Source of the DNA: Veleropilina oligotropha
Taxonomy: Eukaryota
Direction: 5' to 3'
Assembly (NCBI GenBank): GCA_048128005.1
Contig: JBEUKZ010000010.1
Span: 310,001-374,000, forward strand
Length of the DNA stretch: 64,000 nucleotides
Every line of letters starts with the position of its first letter. The stretch's first letter is position 1. The notes below the pieces were generated by a model, which had not been told where the DNA came from, searched no databases, and saw only the letters and a list, made by a program, of their open reading frames with translations. The position numbers and the translations under genes are program-made. Positions 1-13,362 of this stretch are shown here, piece by piece.

Positions 1-145
<145 letters not shown>

Positions 146-1321
146 ATATTATATATATATATATAATGTTGAATGTATAGGGAGGGGATGCTTTGAAGTT
201 GCTATAACTTTAATCCGATCCCGTCTCAAATTATTTGCAATAAAATATGTTTAACCTAACCCTTTATAATTACAGTGATATACTAGGCCTACTTATATCA
301 ACTGTCTCAAATAAATACATAAATACACTAAATGGTCTTCTTCTAACTACTGGTGTAGAAATAAGCAGTTTATATACTGGATTATTAATTACTGGTATTT
401 GCGAATAAATGTGCATTGGAAGTGCAGCTCAATATACTTGCACACTTCACGGAAAATACCGATGTTTCCCGAGCTCTGCCCAAGCTAAACTTTATTTGTC
501 ATATGCATCATGATGCGGATGAACATATACTCCTCCGAGCTGCTTTTACATTTACGAAAATATCAATCGGTAGCCCTCAACGTCCTTGTATATTCATTAC
601 CTTATCAATTCGTTATTGTTATATGGTCCGTGCTGTTTTTCGGTCACCAGATGACGTCATGGTAAGAGTTATTATCTACTGTATTATGCAAGATATTGAG
701 ACTTACGAAATATCGCAAAGTTGGAAGAAAGTTATTGAGACCACTTCCTTTTGCTTTAATGAAATGTCTACTGTCTTATCTCAATGGCAATAAAAGAATG
801 ATCATGCCCCATGGCGTGTTCACCTTTAATATGTATAGGGCCTAAGTATGCTTGTCTCAATTAATTTTACATTTGGCAAGTAGCCTATAAATGGACCTGA
901 TTGTTAAACAAATTATATTAGAAAATTGGTCAATTTTAATATGAATATTGATGTAAGTAGAGTGTCCAATGTCGCAATAAATATGAAAAAATACTAAAGT
1001 AGATTTCCAAATCTTTCATACATTTTCATACTAAACTACTTGTGCATCGGTAAAATATCAGAGTTAACCACATTCGTATATTTAATGAGCAAATGAGTTT
1101 TCTTTCGGTTTGAATTTTGAATATTATTTTTAACAGTTATATATGGTACGTACTTTGCTTTACGTTTCAATCCGGTCAGACGGACGCTGTGTGTAATGGA
1201 GACGGTATAAGAAATGAAACCAATATGGGGAATTGTAAAATAAGTTGTAGATACCACTATGAACAGAAACGGCATGATGGTATTTGCAAGCACTGCAGTC
1301 AACCATTTACAGCTACACACT

Positions 1322-1823
1322 AGCGGATACAGAGAGAGGGGGGAGGGGTCTGGACCGTTGATTGTCAAAATGTTCTTCGACCAAGTGGTCTGGACCCCTT
1401 CGATTTGACAATCAGAAATACATGTATTGGATTGTCAAAAAACGAAATATGTGCGGATGCAATTTAGTGAAAATGGTTTATGGTTCATAAGAAATAGCGA
1501 ATTTGAACTGCCAGAATGCAGGAGGTGTCGCGCATCATTAATTGTCAAATTTTAATGGGGGTCACACATCATTAATTGTCAAAATTTAGGGGGTTTTGAG
1601 GGATTTCACGCCATTAATAGGCAATTTTTCTGGTAATCCAGGTGATCCGAACTCCCTTGGAAAATCAGAATTGTATGTGTTTGATTGAGAAAATACGAAA
1701 GATTGCCTCATATATATATACAATGCAGAAGACGGGGTTTCACACCGTTAATTGTCAAAATTTTATCGATATAATATTTGGTCAAAGTTGGGCCCCCTCC
1801 TTTTCAAAATCCTGGATCCGTCC
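1322..1823. mobile_element. Degenerate MITE-like element with GCGGATCCAG-type terminal inverted repeats
   Basis: Left end agcggatacag followed by a G-rich tract; right end cccctcc...ctggatccgtcc. The internal motif attgtcaaaa recurs several times. Confidence 0.55.
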
Positions 1824-4509
1824 ATCTAAACACACTAAAGAACATTATATGCATTTTGCTTTTGTGATTAAATATAAAGTATATAGCCTAACATTGTAAA
1901 GGGGTAATAAAGCTAAGAAAGCATAAAATTCAATATTCGAATAAGGTTCGCTATCGGTCTTGTTTTCAGAAAATTGAAAGTTCTCACTGCAATTCGCCCG
2001 GATTTAATATACTTCCAGAACATGAATCCGTGCAATCCATTTCTAAAACCGAATTGAATTATCTCTATTCAATCCACTTCTAAAACAGGAATGAATTTAT
2101 CGCGATAAAATCCGGGTCGACTATTTGCCAACACGGAAATTATTATGCCAGGATACAAATTATTTACATGATTATTAAGTATAACGTCGGAAATACACAT
2201 TTAAAAGAAGTCTAGAACCGATAAACAAACGGTACTTTGGAACGTCATTATTTGTGTTTACATGGATAGAGAGTATCGTGATCGGATCTAAATATATATT
2301 ATCGCGATCGCACTCCTGAAACAATTGCTGGGAAGGATAGCGATAGATCGGATTAATTTAATCCGGATTGGATTTGTATATCGCGTTGGAGAACGTGCCA
2401 TGTTAACTCTTGGGCTACGATTGGGGCAATAGGATACCCTGATCATGTTTTATGCCATGTAAACGTGGCATTATAGTAAATGGACACAAGTATTTATTTT
2501 TTACTATTTTATTACCAATATTATATGATCCGTCATTTTGGTGTTGGTTCCGCTAGAAATGATCATCAGCATGAAGTAAAATTGATTTCAATATTTTCAT
2601 TTATTGCAATCGGTTTGTTAATTTTGCGTGTCAATGTCGTTCAAGCTGCTTTGTTTGGGTTAATTGGCACAAGATCTTTTCATAACTTGAAGCTGCAAGT
2701 TCACGTAATACGTAACTGTGACGTAATCGCGGTGTTGACATCTTCATGTCGCGTGACCGACACGTGCCGAGGTGATAACAAGAACGCATGTGAGGGCAGT
2801 TATGAAAGGCGTTAATTAGTGAAAAGTGCAGCTTAGTGCAATTATGCAGATTAACTCAAATTATCGTTTTAGGATTTGAATTATTGCCGATTAGAGGCGT
2901 TAGCATGGTGCATCAATTAACGTAGCCTACTTCATGCGTCATAATTATTATAATATAATACGGATTTTGCGAAAATGTTATATTATTTATCGTAACAAAG
3001 TTTGCCGTGGTTAATGTAAGGTTTCCGTTATTTATTTAATCGTTAGATCCCCTACGACATTATTTCGGAGAAACATTTTCGAAATAACTACAACAACCAC
3101 AAGTCTGAACATAGATAAAACTTTTCAACGTTTGCTGATAAAATATCTTCAATAATAAAGTTTATCATCTCTAAAAAAACAACTTACAAAAACCCTGTTC
3201 CCGAACGTTTCATGATTTGACAAATTTTGGTAGGGATTGTGCAACAAAAATCTGCATCATTGACCCAATTGACACGTTGATAAAAGTCAATTAGGTCTAT
3301 AATGAAAATGCAAGATAACAAATAATTATTCTATAGCTGACACGTTTTCTATTGACATGTGTCAGAAAACAAAAAACTTCAATTTGCCAGTTATCGAGTT
3401 TTGTCTTTTCTGTTTGGCATGTTTTTATCACCTTTAATTTCCCTTTTTGGCTTCGAGTTGTTAATCTTGATTCATAGGATAACGTAAACATAATAATAGA
3501 AAATCATGTCTACACGTTAATGCTAGTCGCAATTCATTGTTTCTCCACCGACCAGACGGGGGCGCTAAAATCAAATAATCGCAATTAGGGTCACGTAAAA
3601 CTGTCAGATCGCCAGTTTAGTTTTATGGTAGCGCCGACTGTTCTCGGAGGAGTGAATTAATGGCTTAATCACATGATTAATTGGAACAAATGTGAAAAAT
3701 TATTCATAATGTCATTTGAAATCAACGATAAATATGTCAACCAGTGTATGTTTACTTGTTATGCGATAATTAACCTCTTTAATTAGGAAAGAATAATGAA
3801 CATGACATCGCACATGGCATAAATATAGCAATAGCCAACAAATCTAAAATAAACTTATTTTCTTATTTTATTTGATGAAGTTCTTGGTTACGTGAATATA
3901 TCTTTTTGGGTTGCTTGATCAGACATACGCTACATCACTTTATCCAACATAAAACTGCGTTATATAGTATCTTTAAAATATTGCTGTTATGTTCACATTT
4001 CATATTCACAACAGCCAGCACAATCTTTAAAACGTTTAGAATCGAATTATTTTGGTAGTCTATGATAATTAAACATCAAGTCATCCAAACGTTTCGGTTG
4101 GTGTTGGCGAAGTATTGACTTGCACCACATGAAAATGAGACACCACATGAAAATGTATACCTGCTCAATGGACAGGGCATTCCATTGGCGTTTTCTGATC
4201 CAATTTATAGAATTTTCATGAGGATGTCATTCAAATAGATATAAAATACTGTAAACAAAATTCTCAAATGTCACAACGGTTCACGTATGTTAAATTTGAC
4301 ACTTTTACATCAACCGAAAGACAGAGATACATTCCATCTTACAATTTTTCCAATAACATGCTTGCAAAATTAATGTTAAAAGTACATCTTGGCTTAAAAA
4401 ATAGTTTCCATCGTTTACCATGAAACCATTATGAAATATTTTACATAATTGAATTTGACATTGTGCATTGACAAAGACAACTATTTGTCAGTTATATATG
4501 ATGTTATTG

Positions 4510-6950
4510 CCTGTTATGTTATGTATGTACTGAAGACTCCGGATGCCACAACGGAATACCGGATTGCGCCATCCAGCATCTTAATCATGGATATGAATAT
4601 TTTGCAGCCACCGTTTATATCCTCGTGTCCTGGCAGATTGCAAATGTGTTGTGGCATTCATCGTCATCATCATGCCCACCACTCTGCTCTGTGGTCATTT
4701 GGCGGCTATGCACTGTGGAAACATCGGTTCTGGTAACTCTTTTTCTTCCAGTTCAGTCCCATACCAATCTTCAGCAGAGTTGCGTCCCTTCCCCTGTCGT
4801 GTCCGTCCATACAATGTAGCAAGGCGCATTCGGCGCATGCGTGGAGATTGGTCCCATACCTCGCCCATTCTGATTCTCTTTGCCGGATGCGACACCGGTT
4901 ACCATCTACTGCTCACTGCATACAAGATGATATTTTCTTTGGCTCTGAACCATGCAATATTTATCTTCTTTCAACAGTTAGGAAGCTGTCAAGGTGTCCC
5001 TAATATACAACCAGCTCGAATATTGGTGGTGTGAGAAGTGTAGTGGATGTTCAATTTGGCTAGAGCAGTTGTAGCTTTGGTTATACGTATTTTCACCGCA
5101 TGCAGGGATGCGGTATCATCCATTTATGTGGAATATAGCTAGGTGAACACGGCCACTTGTTCTAGGTGATAGTCTCTTATCCAAAGGTCATATGTCTTGA
5201 TTTTCTCGAGACTGAACTTCACGAGTGTCGGATTTGGACACTTGTTGCACCATGAATGAGACCAATGCCATCGGCGAACCCCAAATCGTTTATCGTTTGA
5301 TCAGAGATCACAAGGATGACTCACTATTGATAAGTGGCTCTGCCACGGTGTTCTCGAGGAAGACGCAACACATGGTTGTTAATACGAGACACCATTGCTC
5401 CTACCGAGATGGGAAACCAACAACTGAAGTCATTTTCTACGTGACCCATAAGACGTTCAGGGACTCTATGGAGTTGATGATGCCAGGGTAGATGTATGCT
5501 TCATCAGACACCGGTTACCATCTACTGCTCACTGCATACAAGATGATATTTTCTTTGGCTCTGAACCATGCAATATTTATCTTCTTTCAACAGTTAGGAA
5601 GCTGTCAAGGTGTCCCTAATATACAACCAGCTCGAATATTGGTGGTGTGAGAAGTGTAGTGGATGTTCAATTTGGCTCGAGCAGTTGTAGCTTTGGTTAT
5701 ACGTATTTTCACCGCATGCAGGGATGCGGTATCATCCATTTATGTGGAATATAGCTAGGTGAACACGGCCACTTGTTCTAGGTGATAGTCTCTTATCCAA
5801 AGGTCATATGTCTTGATTTTCTCGAGACTGAACTTCATGAGTGTCGGATTTGGACACTTGTTGCACCATGAATGAGACCAATGCCATCGGCGAACCCCAA
5901 ATCGTTTATCGTTTGATCAGAGATCACAAGGATGACTCACTATTGATAAGTGGCTCTGCCACGGTGTTCTCGAGGAAGACGCAACACATGGTTGTTAATA
6001 CGAGACACCATTGCTCCTACCGGGATGGGAAACCAACAACTGAAGTCATTTTCTACGTGACCCATAAGACGTTCAGGGACTCTATGGAGTTGATGATGCC
6101 AGGGTAGATGTATGCTTCATCAGAATGCCCATAAACCTTGTCTGATGCAATGGAAGCATTTCTTGTAGTCAACGAAATTGGGGTACACCGTGATATTAAG
6201 CATTTGCTCTGTTGTGGACCCGCATTTGCGGGCCATGGAGTGTTTTTCGTAAGGATGGCCTAGACTTGTGGGTGCAGGCGTTCGAGGACCACCGTCATGA
6301 TACCTTAGGTAACTTTATCAAGCTTGTGGTCCTGCAGTTGTTTCTACAGATTCCCCCTTCTTTGGTAGATGTACAGCAATTGATGATATCCAGTCTTTGG
6401 GCCATTTCCGTCTTGAAAACATTGTTCCATTTTCTGGTGTACGCTTTTACCACTGACTCTCGCTTTCTGGCATCTTCTCTGACCTTGCCTGCAATCGGGT
6501 CCTTCAACTCTTGGAGATCTTCTTGCTCAACTTATATGTGATAATATAGCTCGGAGCAGTACTTATGACATTACTTTACCATGGCTGTATTCTCGGAGGA
6601 TGGTCTCATTGGCATCTGCGATGCAGCATAACCGGCTCCGCTTCTGCTTGATGAGATCATTCAGGGTGTCGTTGGCTACTTTGGTGTTGTTTACACGCAG
6701 ACTAAACTAAATGGCATCGCATCTCTGTTGGATTCAGGTCTCCAGTCAAACATGGTTTGCTTGTTTTCATCTGTCATCACAATGCTGGAGGATCGAATAT
6801 GTTCCAGACTTTCATTGTTTCTAAGACGCCTTTTCTCTAGTATCCTGCTGACCACCTCATGCAGGTTTATATTCGCCTGCTGTTGAAAGTTTTCTGTTTC
6901 CAGCTGCATCATCAACAGTAGTGCAAATCGTCCCCAATCACAGTGCGGAA
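4510..6950 (-). mobile_element. Decayed RTE-clade non-LTR retrotransposon (reverse transcriptase region and 3' end)
   Basis: Minus-strand translation gives RT motifs in the expected order, broken by stops and frameshifts: KEGGICRNNCRTTSLI (~6310-6360), GSTTEQMLNI..NFVDYKKCF (~6155-6225), INDLGFADGIGL (catalytic FADD decayed, ~5260-5295 and ~5875-5910), LEQVAVFT*LYST..AVKIRITKATTALAKL (~5050-5165) and HPAKRIRMGEV (~4860-4890). A short (ACAT)-like tail lies near 4510-4530. Confidence 0.9.
4891..6122. repeat. 616-bp direct tandem duplication inside the RTE remnant
   Basis: 4891-5506 matches 5507-6122, with identical ORFs at 5225 and 5841. I see three substitutions, and a GA microhomology at the junction. 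Confidence 0.97.
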
Positions 6951-7101
6951 TTACAGAAACATAAAAGATTCATTTGGATGACAATTTTACATATAGGTAA
7001 ATAATATCACTAGAAATTTTTTCTTCTCTGTTCGTTTATTAATTTTACCATAACATTACCAAATTTGTTACGCCAATTTGTTAAGCTCAACTGGTTAGAG
7101 C

Positions 7102-7338
7102 GTCCTCGATAGCTCAACTGGTTAGAGCGTCGGAAAAACGTTATGTGGGACGGTAGGATGTGGGTTCAAACCCGCTCCGGCCCGGCTTATTCAAATGCTT
7201 AAAACTAATAGATGGCATATCCCTAATGTAAAGTCGGTCAGATCGGAGCGATACCTTAAACCGGGTGTTCCGACCACGTTAAGGCTGAAAAATGGCCAAA
7301 GTGATCTTAAAACAAAGTTGTCAACACAGTCAGTCAAC
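7102..7338 (+). mobile_element. tRNA-derived SINE, group A, full length
   Basis: A-box tagctcaactgg, B-box ggttcaaacc, central gatcggagcgataccttaaaccgggtgttcc and a cagtcagtcaa tail. Homologous copies at 9165-9811 and 38617-38845. The A-box segment is locally duplicated at 7084-7103. Confidence 0.9.
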
Positions 7339-7599
7339 TACAAGGATACCAGTGAAGGTCGAAAGCAAATTTAGTTGAATTCACTGGTTTGACTGCTCTA
7401 TCTACTATGGTAGCTCGGTTGGGGTAATGTCTTTCTTTGTTCAGCTGCTATATGCACAGTTGTTCATAATTGATCGGTGAGGGCAGGTTTTATATGGACA
7501 TGTCCTGATATGAACTTGACCGTAGTTAGAAATAGGACATAATCACATAAAACATCGACTCAAACCTAAGCAAAACTTCAGTAACTGGCATTTCTCTGA

Positions 7600-8330
7600 G
7601 TCAGATACTGGTAATGAATGATGTTGAAAAACAATAAATTCTGGTATTTAAAACAAAATGTATCATGTTGCTGGATTCAATTATTGAAAACATAGTATTA
7701 AATGTACTTTCATAATCTCAATTGAATCTTTCAGAATCATCGCGGTAGCATATGCACGTCCCTCTAGTCATATGACCGTCACACGTTATGTTCTGCCAAC
7801 GTCCTGTGATCAACTGGTTTCTGCTACCATGTGACTATCTTATTAAAAGGCCGCACCAGTAGTCAAGTGGATACGAGCGTAGGCTCTCAATTCACTCCCT
7901 AACTGCTCTGTCTAAGAAGAGCGGGTTTCAATCCTCTGCTGGCCACTTCATTCAGATAACAGTCATGTCCTGATATGAACCTGAACGTAGCTCAAATAAG
8001 CATCGATCCAAACCAAACCTTATTAAAAATTTCTTTGAGTGCAATAATAAATATTTGAAGTGGGATTTATTGTCCCATTTAACACCCTGTAGGGTCGTAT
8101 CAATTCATGTTCATATTAGCAGGAGACGACAGTCCATACTGTCTGGTTACATCCACCTGCTCTGCGAGTTACGATGCACTATAACCGTAAGCTCACTAGA
8201 ATCTTCCACCAGTTTCATACTCACACTTTCTGATCCAGGGACAGTCAATAAGATTTCATTGAGGGCCACTTTCGTACACAGAGAGGCGACCATTTATGTT
8301 TACGAGTTTCATGAAAGTGGATCCAGTTAG
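7600..8330 (-). mobile_element. Highly decayed Penelope-like GIY-YIG endonuclease remnant, interrupted by a SINE
   Basis: Minus-strand fragments LIDCPWIRKCEYETGGRF, TLAEHNV*RSYD*RDVHML and AMILKDSIEIMK follow the order of the PLE motifs YxIxCxxC..YIGETGR, AEH..DW and RxIKEAIEI. Confidence 0.45.
7849..8018 (+). mobile_element. tRNA-derived SINE, group B, internally deleted
   Basis: Head ggccgcaccagtagtcaagtgg, a B-box-like gggtttcaatcc and 3' end catgtcctgatatgaacctga..atcgatccaaaccaaacc. The 3' end is shared with 7490-7570, 14760-14964 and 45230-45480. Confidence 0.75.
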
Positions 8331-8502
8331 AAATTACAGAACAACAAACAAAACAGAAGTTGAAAACCAAATTAGTATTTTTTAACATTTATTACAAATT
8401 TTTCATTTCACACAACACAATCTTCCATCTACAAAACTGAAACTCCATATTTAAAGGTAAAAACGATCTCCATATTTTATTATTTATATGTTAATGTCTT
8501 CA

Positions 8503-8563
8503 TCAGGCCTTCTTTTCTGATGTGTCTGCGAAAGGTGATTTGATAAGATTGCTCCATGATGAA
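8503..8563 (-). CDS. MRPL28: Probable terminal coding exon of MRPL28
   Basis: Acceptor catttcag| at 8564-8565. One frame reads SSWSNLIKSPFADTSEKKA*, resembling the SWLSKLNPF-type tail I recall from invertebrate L28. AATAAA signals lie downstream on the minus strand at ~8477 and ~8388. The frame junction to the 14973 exon is unresolved. Confidence 0.55.
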
Positions 8564-9164
8564 CTGAAATGTACAACAAAAAATCATGACATACAACGAC
8601 GAAAACAAGTTTAATAGTCTAATTTATACTTCGTAAAGTACAAGACCACCTTTTTTTACACTATTATCTGAAAACACCTGCTGAAAAGAATGTCCATTGA
8701 GATGAACAAAAAACAACAAATCTACTAGTTGATATTTTTTTATGAGACCGTTAGCAAAATCACCTGCTCCAACTAGTAGGTAGCAGTACTAAATGGTGCT
8801 ATCACCCTAGATTAAAAAAGAATATGATCATATCTCGAGGCCATGAACAGTAAAACAATGTCCCCCATGGGGCAAACAAAACATAATTACTCCGGCAGGT
8901 GCAAGAGGTATTTGGCTTGAGTGAAGTGCACAGGGCTTCATATAATATTGCCTTTCTTGAAAATACAATGCAAACAAGTAATAGTACACAGTATTATACA
9001 TTTTATTCTGTTATTGATTTACAATAGCCAGTATTACCGTTTATTTAATATCTGTAAAGAGAGCATATTATTTAATATCTGTAAGTAGAGCATAAAATAA
9101 CAGGTGAAAGTGTGAGCTAGTTAAGAGAATTGTCCCAGCTATATGCGACATTACGATTAATTAG

Positions 9165-9811
9165 TTGGTTGGCAACATTGTTTTACGACCACTTTTAGCA
9201 ATTTTTATGTCGTGACATATTTGTAAAAAAGGACACAACATTATCAAATGGTCCGTGTGTATTTATATAGATATATATTTATATATCCGTCGATTTATTT
9301 GAAAACTACCAGTTCAATTTTCACCAAAATTGGTACACACATTCCCAAGAGTATTTGTAGGTGTGTATATAACTTTGGCGACACAATTTTGCAAAAATAT
9401 GCATTTATTAAGCACTTTTATGCATATTTGTATATAACGTATGTCTAATATTGCAAGCAAATAGCAATGACATCATTACGACGTCGCTTTAGATTAATCA
9501 TCATTTGGTGACGTCACAATCGACGGGGGAGTAAATTAAGCCATGAAGTACTTGCACCTAGCAATTGTAACGTTATAACTGTTATGAAAATTTGACGGAA
9601 ATAAAGAAAGGTCAAGACATATTCCGAACGCGTCGTTCTTGTTCAGCTGAATCACGGTCGGGACACTCGGTTTAAGGTCTCATTCCGATCTGACCGACAT
9701 ACATTAGGGATATGCCTTCTATTAGTTTTAAGCGTTAGAATTATCCACGCCTCACATTACTGTCCCACTTAACATTTTTCCGATGCTCTAACCAGTTGAG
9801 CTATCGAGGAC
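9165..9811 (-). mobile_element. SINE group A copy split by a HINE insertion
   Basis: 9165-9203 and 9642-9811 join to match the intact copy at 38617-38845. Flanks tacgattaatt / tacaattaatt look like a target-site duplication. Confidence 0.85.
9203..9642 (+). mobile_element. Helentron-type non-autonomous element (HINE)
   Basis: Begins in a T run. SubTIRs atgtcgtgac / gtcaagacat, 3' hairpin gaacg-cgt-cgttc and ttgtt end. The same 3' end recurs at ~10753-10789. Confidence 0.7.
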
Positions 9812-12800
9812 GATACTACAATTAATTGTAAGTAACTATTTTTCAATGGAACAGGATATCAAACATAACTTTTCGTCACATGAGAATTAGACTGTTGAGT
9901 GTTCTATGTTCAATTTTGGTCAAAATTGAATTATTGGTCTTGGCGACATCCAAACAGTATATTTGATCTCCTGTTGTTATTAATTGTATTCAAAGTTACT
10001 TTTTTCTGACTCAGAAACAGGTTGTTCGAAGTCCTGTTTGAAATAGTTGATGACATTTAGTCATTCACCAATCAGGTGGATGATTTGGATCATGTGACGT
10101 TGGAGATAAAACAGATATCATCATACGCCATGTTCTCTTGAATCTGCAGTAGTTCATAATAACTGACACAGGCGTGTGATCTGTGATCTGAGGTTATATC
10201 TGCAATTATACATGGCTATGATCCATATGCACGTTCCTTTGTGGCATCATATTTTAAAACAGGAAAAATAAGTGCTATTTTAGCTATATTAATCAATGCA
10301 AATGGACATAGGACATTATATATCTAACAAAAGTGCATGTGTTTAGGACAAATATGTTCTATGTGCAACCAATAGATCGTCATTACTACCAAACATATTA
10401 TTAATAGTATTTTTGGTTTATTTAAGGAAAAATAATTTTAAGTGGCCAGTCTTTGTGGTAAATACGGAATAAGATAAGTCATATGTAGAGAAATATTATT
10501 TTATAATGAGCCAAATCTTTGGTCGCAGATTTCTCTTATTCAAAGAATGTGGACATAGAACAGTATAATTCTCGTACCTCTGAAATCATTTATAATAGCC
10601 ATGATCAAGGATTAGATAATGGATCTTTGTGCCCAAAACCTTGCATGTCTCACCACTGTCTGCGCACATACTCAAATAATGTAAACATGTTCTATCAGTG
10701 CAATAACCGTTATTTAATTCTTATTCTTCTGAAAATGATAACAACAACGAAAAAGGTCCAAACATATTCCGAACGTGTCGTTTTTGTTTATGAATGATGA
10801 TTAATTCTGTAGTTCAGTGATACTTCGAATTTTGCTTCCAAACAAAAATATAATAATGTATTAAAAAATAAGATTTAAATATTAACACACCAAAATCTGT
10901 AAATACCTATTATTTCAATATTAAGACATCAAAATCTGCAATTAAGGGACTTGTAATGAACAAGAACAATCCATTCTTGGGCATTTCCGTCCAGTAGGCT
11001 GATAATCCTTCTTCATTAAATCTCAACGAGATGGTCAGACAAATCTTGGTGTGTAATAAGGACACCATTCATATGGGGATTTTCAGTTTAAATTCAATTC
11101 AGCTTGATCTAGAGCCGCATTAAATTTGTCATGTGAACGCAAGGGATTACCCGAATCCTGATTACTGAAATCCTGTCGAGTGAGTGGATTAAAACCAGTT
11201 TATTGTGAAATCCTGTACACCATTTCATTTCAATTATAAAGTGCATCCAGATTACTAAAGTACTTCATCACGGTATTGTACACCAACAATCGTGTGAGCA
11301 TTAGTTTTAGAACAGAGAACACAAAGTACAACCAGTTCCATGTAATGAACGTAATCACGTTGTCACTATTTTATGTCGAAAAGTAATACAAAAATACAGG
11401 TATTATCACTGTGGAAGCAATTGTGGAAGTATTACCATTATTTTGTCAAGATCAAGACTTTCATCAAGAAAGACACTTATATTTACCTCCTGCAAGGGAC
11501 TCAGCCCCAGTTGTTACAGCCATACAATACCAAAATGTGTGGATGCATATAAAATCAGATTTCAAAGCCTTTAACTCTTTATACAAAATTTTAACATGCT
11601 TACCCGCTCAAACAATCTTGGCATTGAAAATTTTTCTTATTTGGAACAAAATCGAAAAAAAATTATTTGTAGAATGTACATTTCCACACTTTGCATGCGC
11701 ATAACAAGTACAGTTTCTGGTGGTTTCAAGGCTGCTATAGCGTTAAGCCAGCTTCAGCTCAGCTGTTATTTATAATACTTAGAAATCATTGGTGAGCATG
11801 AGGTAACATTAAAAATCTGGTTAGCCACAGACTGTCCCATCCAATTAATTAGCAGTGGACATGGTCATAATTGCAAAATTCTGTGTCTAACAGCAAGGGT
11901 TGACCAACAGGTGCCCAGCCATGCATGGCTGGACAGGGCAATAACAGTTACCCAACTTGGTTTTGCATTTCATGGTGACACTCTTTAAATTTTCATGCAA
12001 ACTGGAGACAGTTCTATTTAGTAAACCGTGATAAGCAGCATCTCATAAATCAGACAAACATTTATCTGCAAAGACTTGTATAATACATTTATTTAGTAAA
12101 CAACTAGTCCATCTGAGTTAAGAAAGATTTGAATCATCGACAGTTTGTCATTGGTGAGAATAAACTCGGGCATTCAATGATCTGAGCAACAAGTTAATGG
12201 TTAATAATATATTAAAAACAATGAGTTACGACATTTAAAAGTTGATGTAATACACCTCGTTTTCTATTTTAATAATAATAACTTCAACATAATTTGATTT
12301 GATCATTAAATCAAATCATAAACAAAGCCCACAAATCATGTTATGCACAAAAAACTCTCAAAAATATCTAGTCCACTGCAATCACAAATACGAACATTTT
12401 TGCAAAATAAAAATTGACTGACCACCATTGCTGGTCAATGTTGTTGGACAACCAAACAAAAACATCCTCCATTAGACATGCATTGGACCACTATTCAGAT
12501 ATTCACCAGAACTAAACCCATGAAATAAATTCAGCATGGGCATAATTAGCCATACATGAGGTAGATAACCTGGAGTCAGTGCCCCCCCTGAGGGGGATGA
12601 GGTTTGGCCATTATTTCCCTATTAGAGCTCACCCCCCACCATCCCCAGACTGACCAAGTGTGCCATCAACATGGAGACCAGTATTTCAAGGCACATACAC
12701 TCCAGCACACATGGTCCCCAAGACCCCTAGGGATCTTTCTCATCTGCAGATTGCCCTTGCTAACAGCTCCCTAGGTCCCTGAACACTTTGTGAACCTCAA

Positions 12801-13362
12801 ATGAGAAATAGTTGTGTCTGCACCATGAACATAACAACTGATTAATGATCTATCAATTATGTCTACACACTTCTTATCTACATCTTGAAGATTTTCCAAT
12901 TTTAAACACAACCTAGTAGAAATATACTGAATATATCAGGGTTATGCTAGCTGTCAGCCCCATCTGGAAGGCAGCATAAAACATAATCAAAATTTGGGGA
13001 AAGAAGAAAACCTGCACAAATTAACTTATTATTAATTAATAATAATTATAATTTCCAAAATTGATCTGAAAAGCACTTTTCATTTAACATAGATCAGTGT
13101 CTCCGAATAAAATGCTATGTTCTAAGTTGTCAACATGCAACATTTTTAATTGAACAAATGCCCTGTGACTTTGACTACTAAAGGTTCATGTCTTACAACA
13201 GTTTTTTTTACTTTATGCAAACCCTGGTTGCTTTCCTGCTACACTGAGCCACTACACTTACCTAGATTCCTTTTTGGTTTCTACAAAAGAAAAAACACAT
13301 TCATGGATACAGTCATACCATGTATATTGTAAATCGTTTACAAAATACCTAATTTAAAACTT

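Noticed and set aside
416..829. 125-aa ORF, or a complete Kolobok element
   Set aside because: The ORF has no homology cues. A Kolobok-like end (gttcacct-ttaa at ~818-829) is visible, but I found no matching left TIR.
5225..6107. Duplicated 88-aa genes
   Set aside because: Antisense frames of the duplicated dead RT segment.
7084..7185. tRNA gene
   Set aside because: A and B boxes are present, but there is no proper cloverleaf and the sequence continues into a body shared by three dispersed copies, so it is a SINE head.
10000..10033. 34-nt linking exon for MRPL28 (DFEQPVSESEK)
   Set aside because: It has the right length class and splice-like ends, but the required phase-1 frame contains TGA. 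The surrounding AYDDICF text may be an RT relic, too weak to call.
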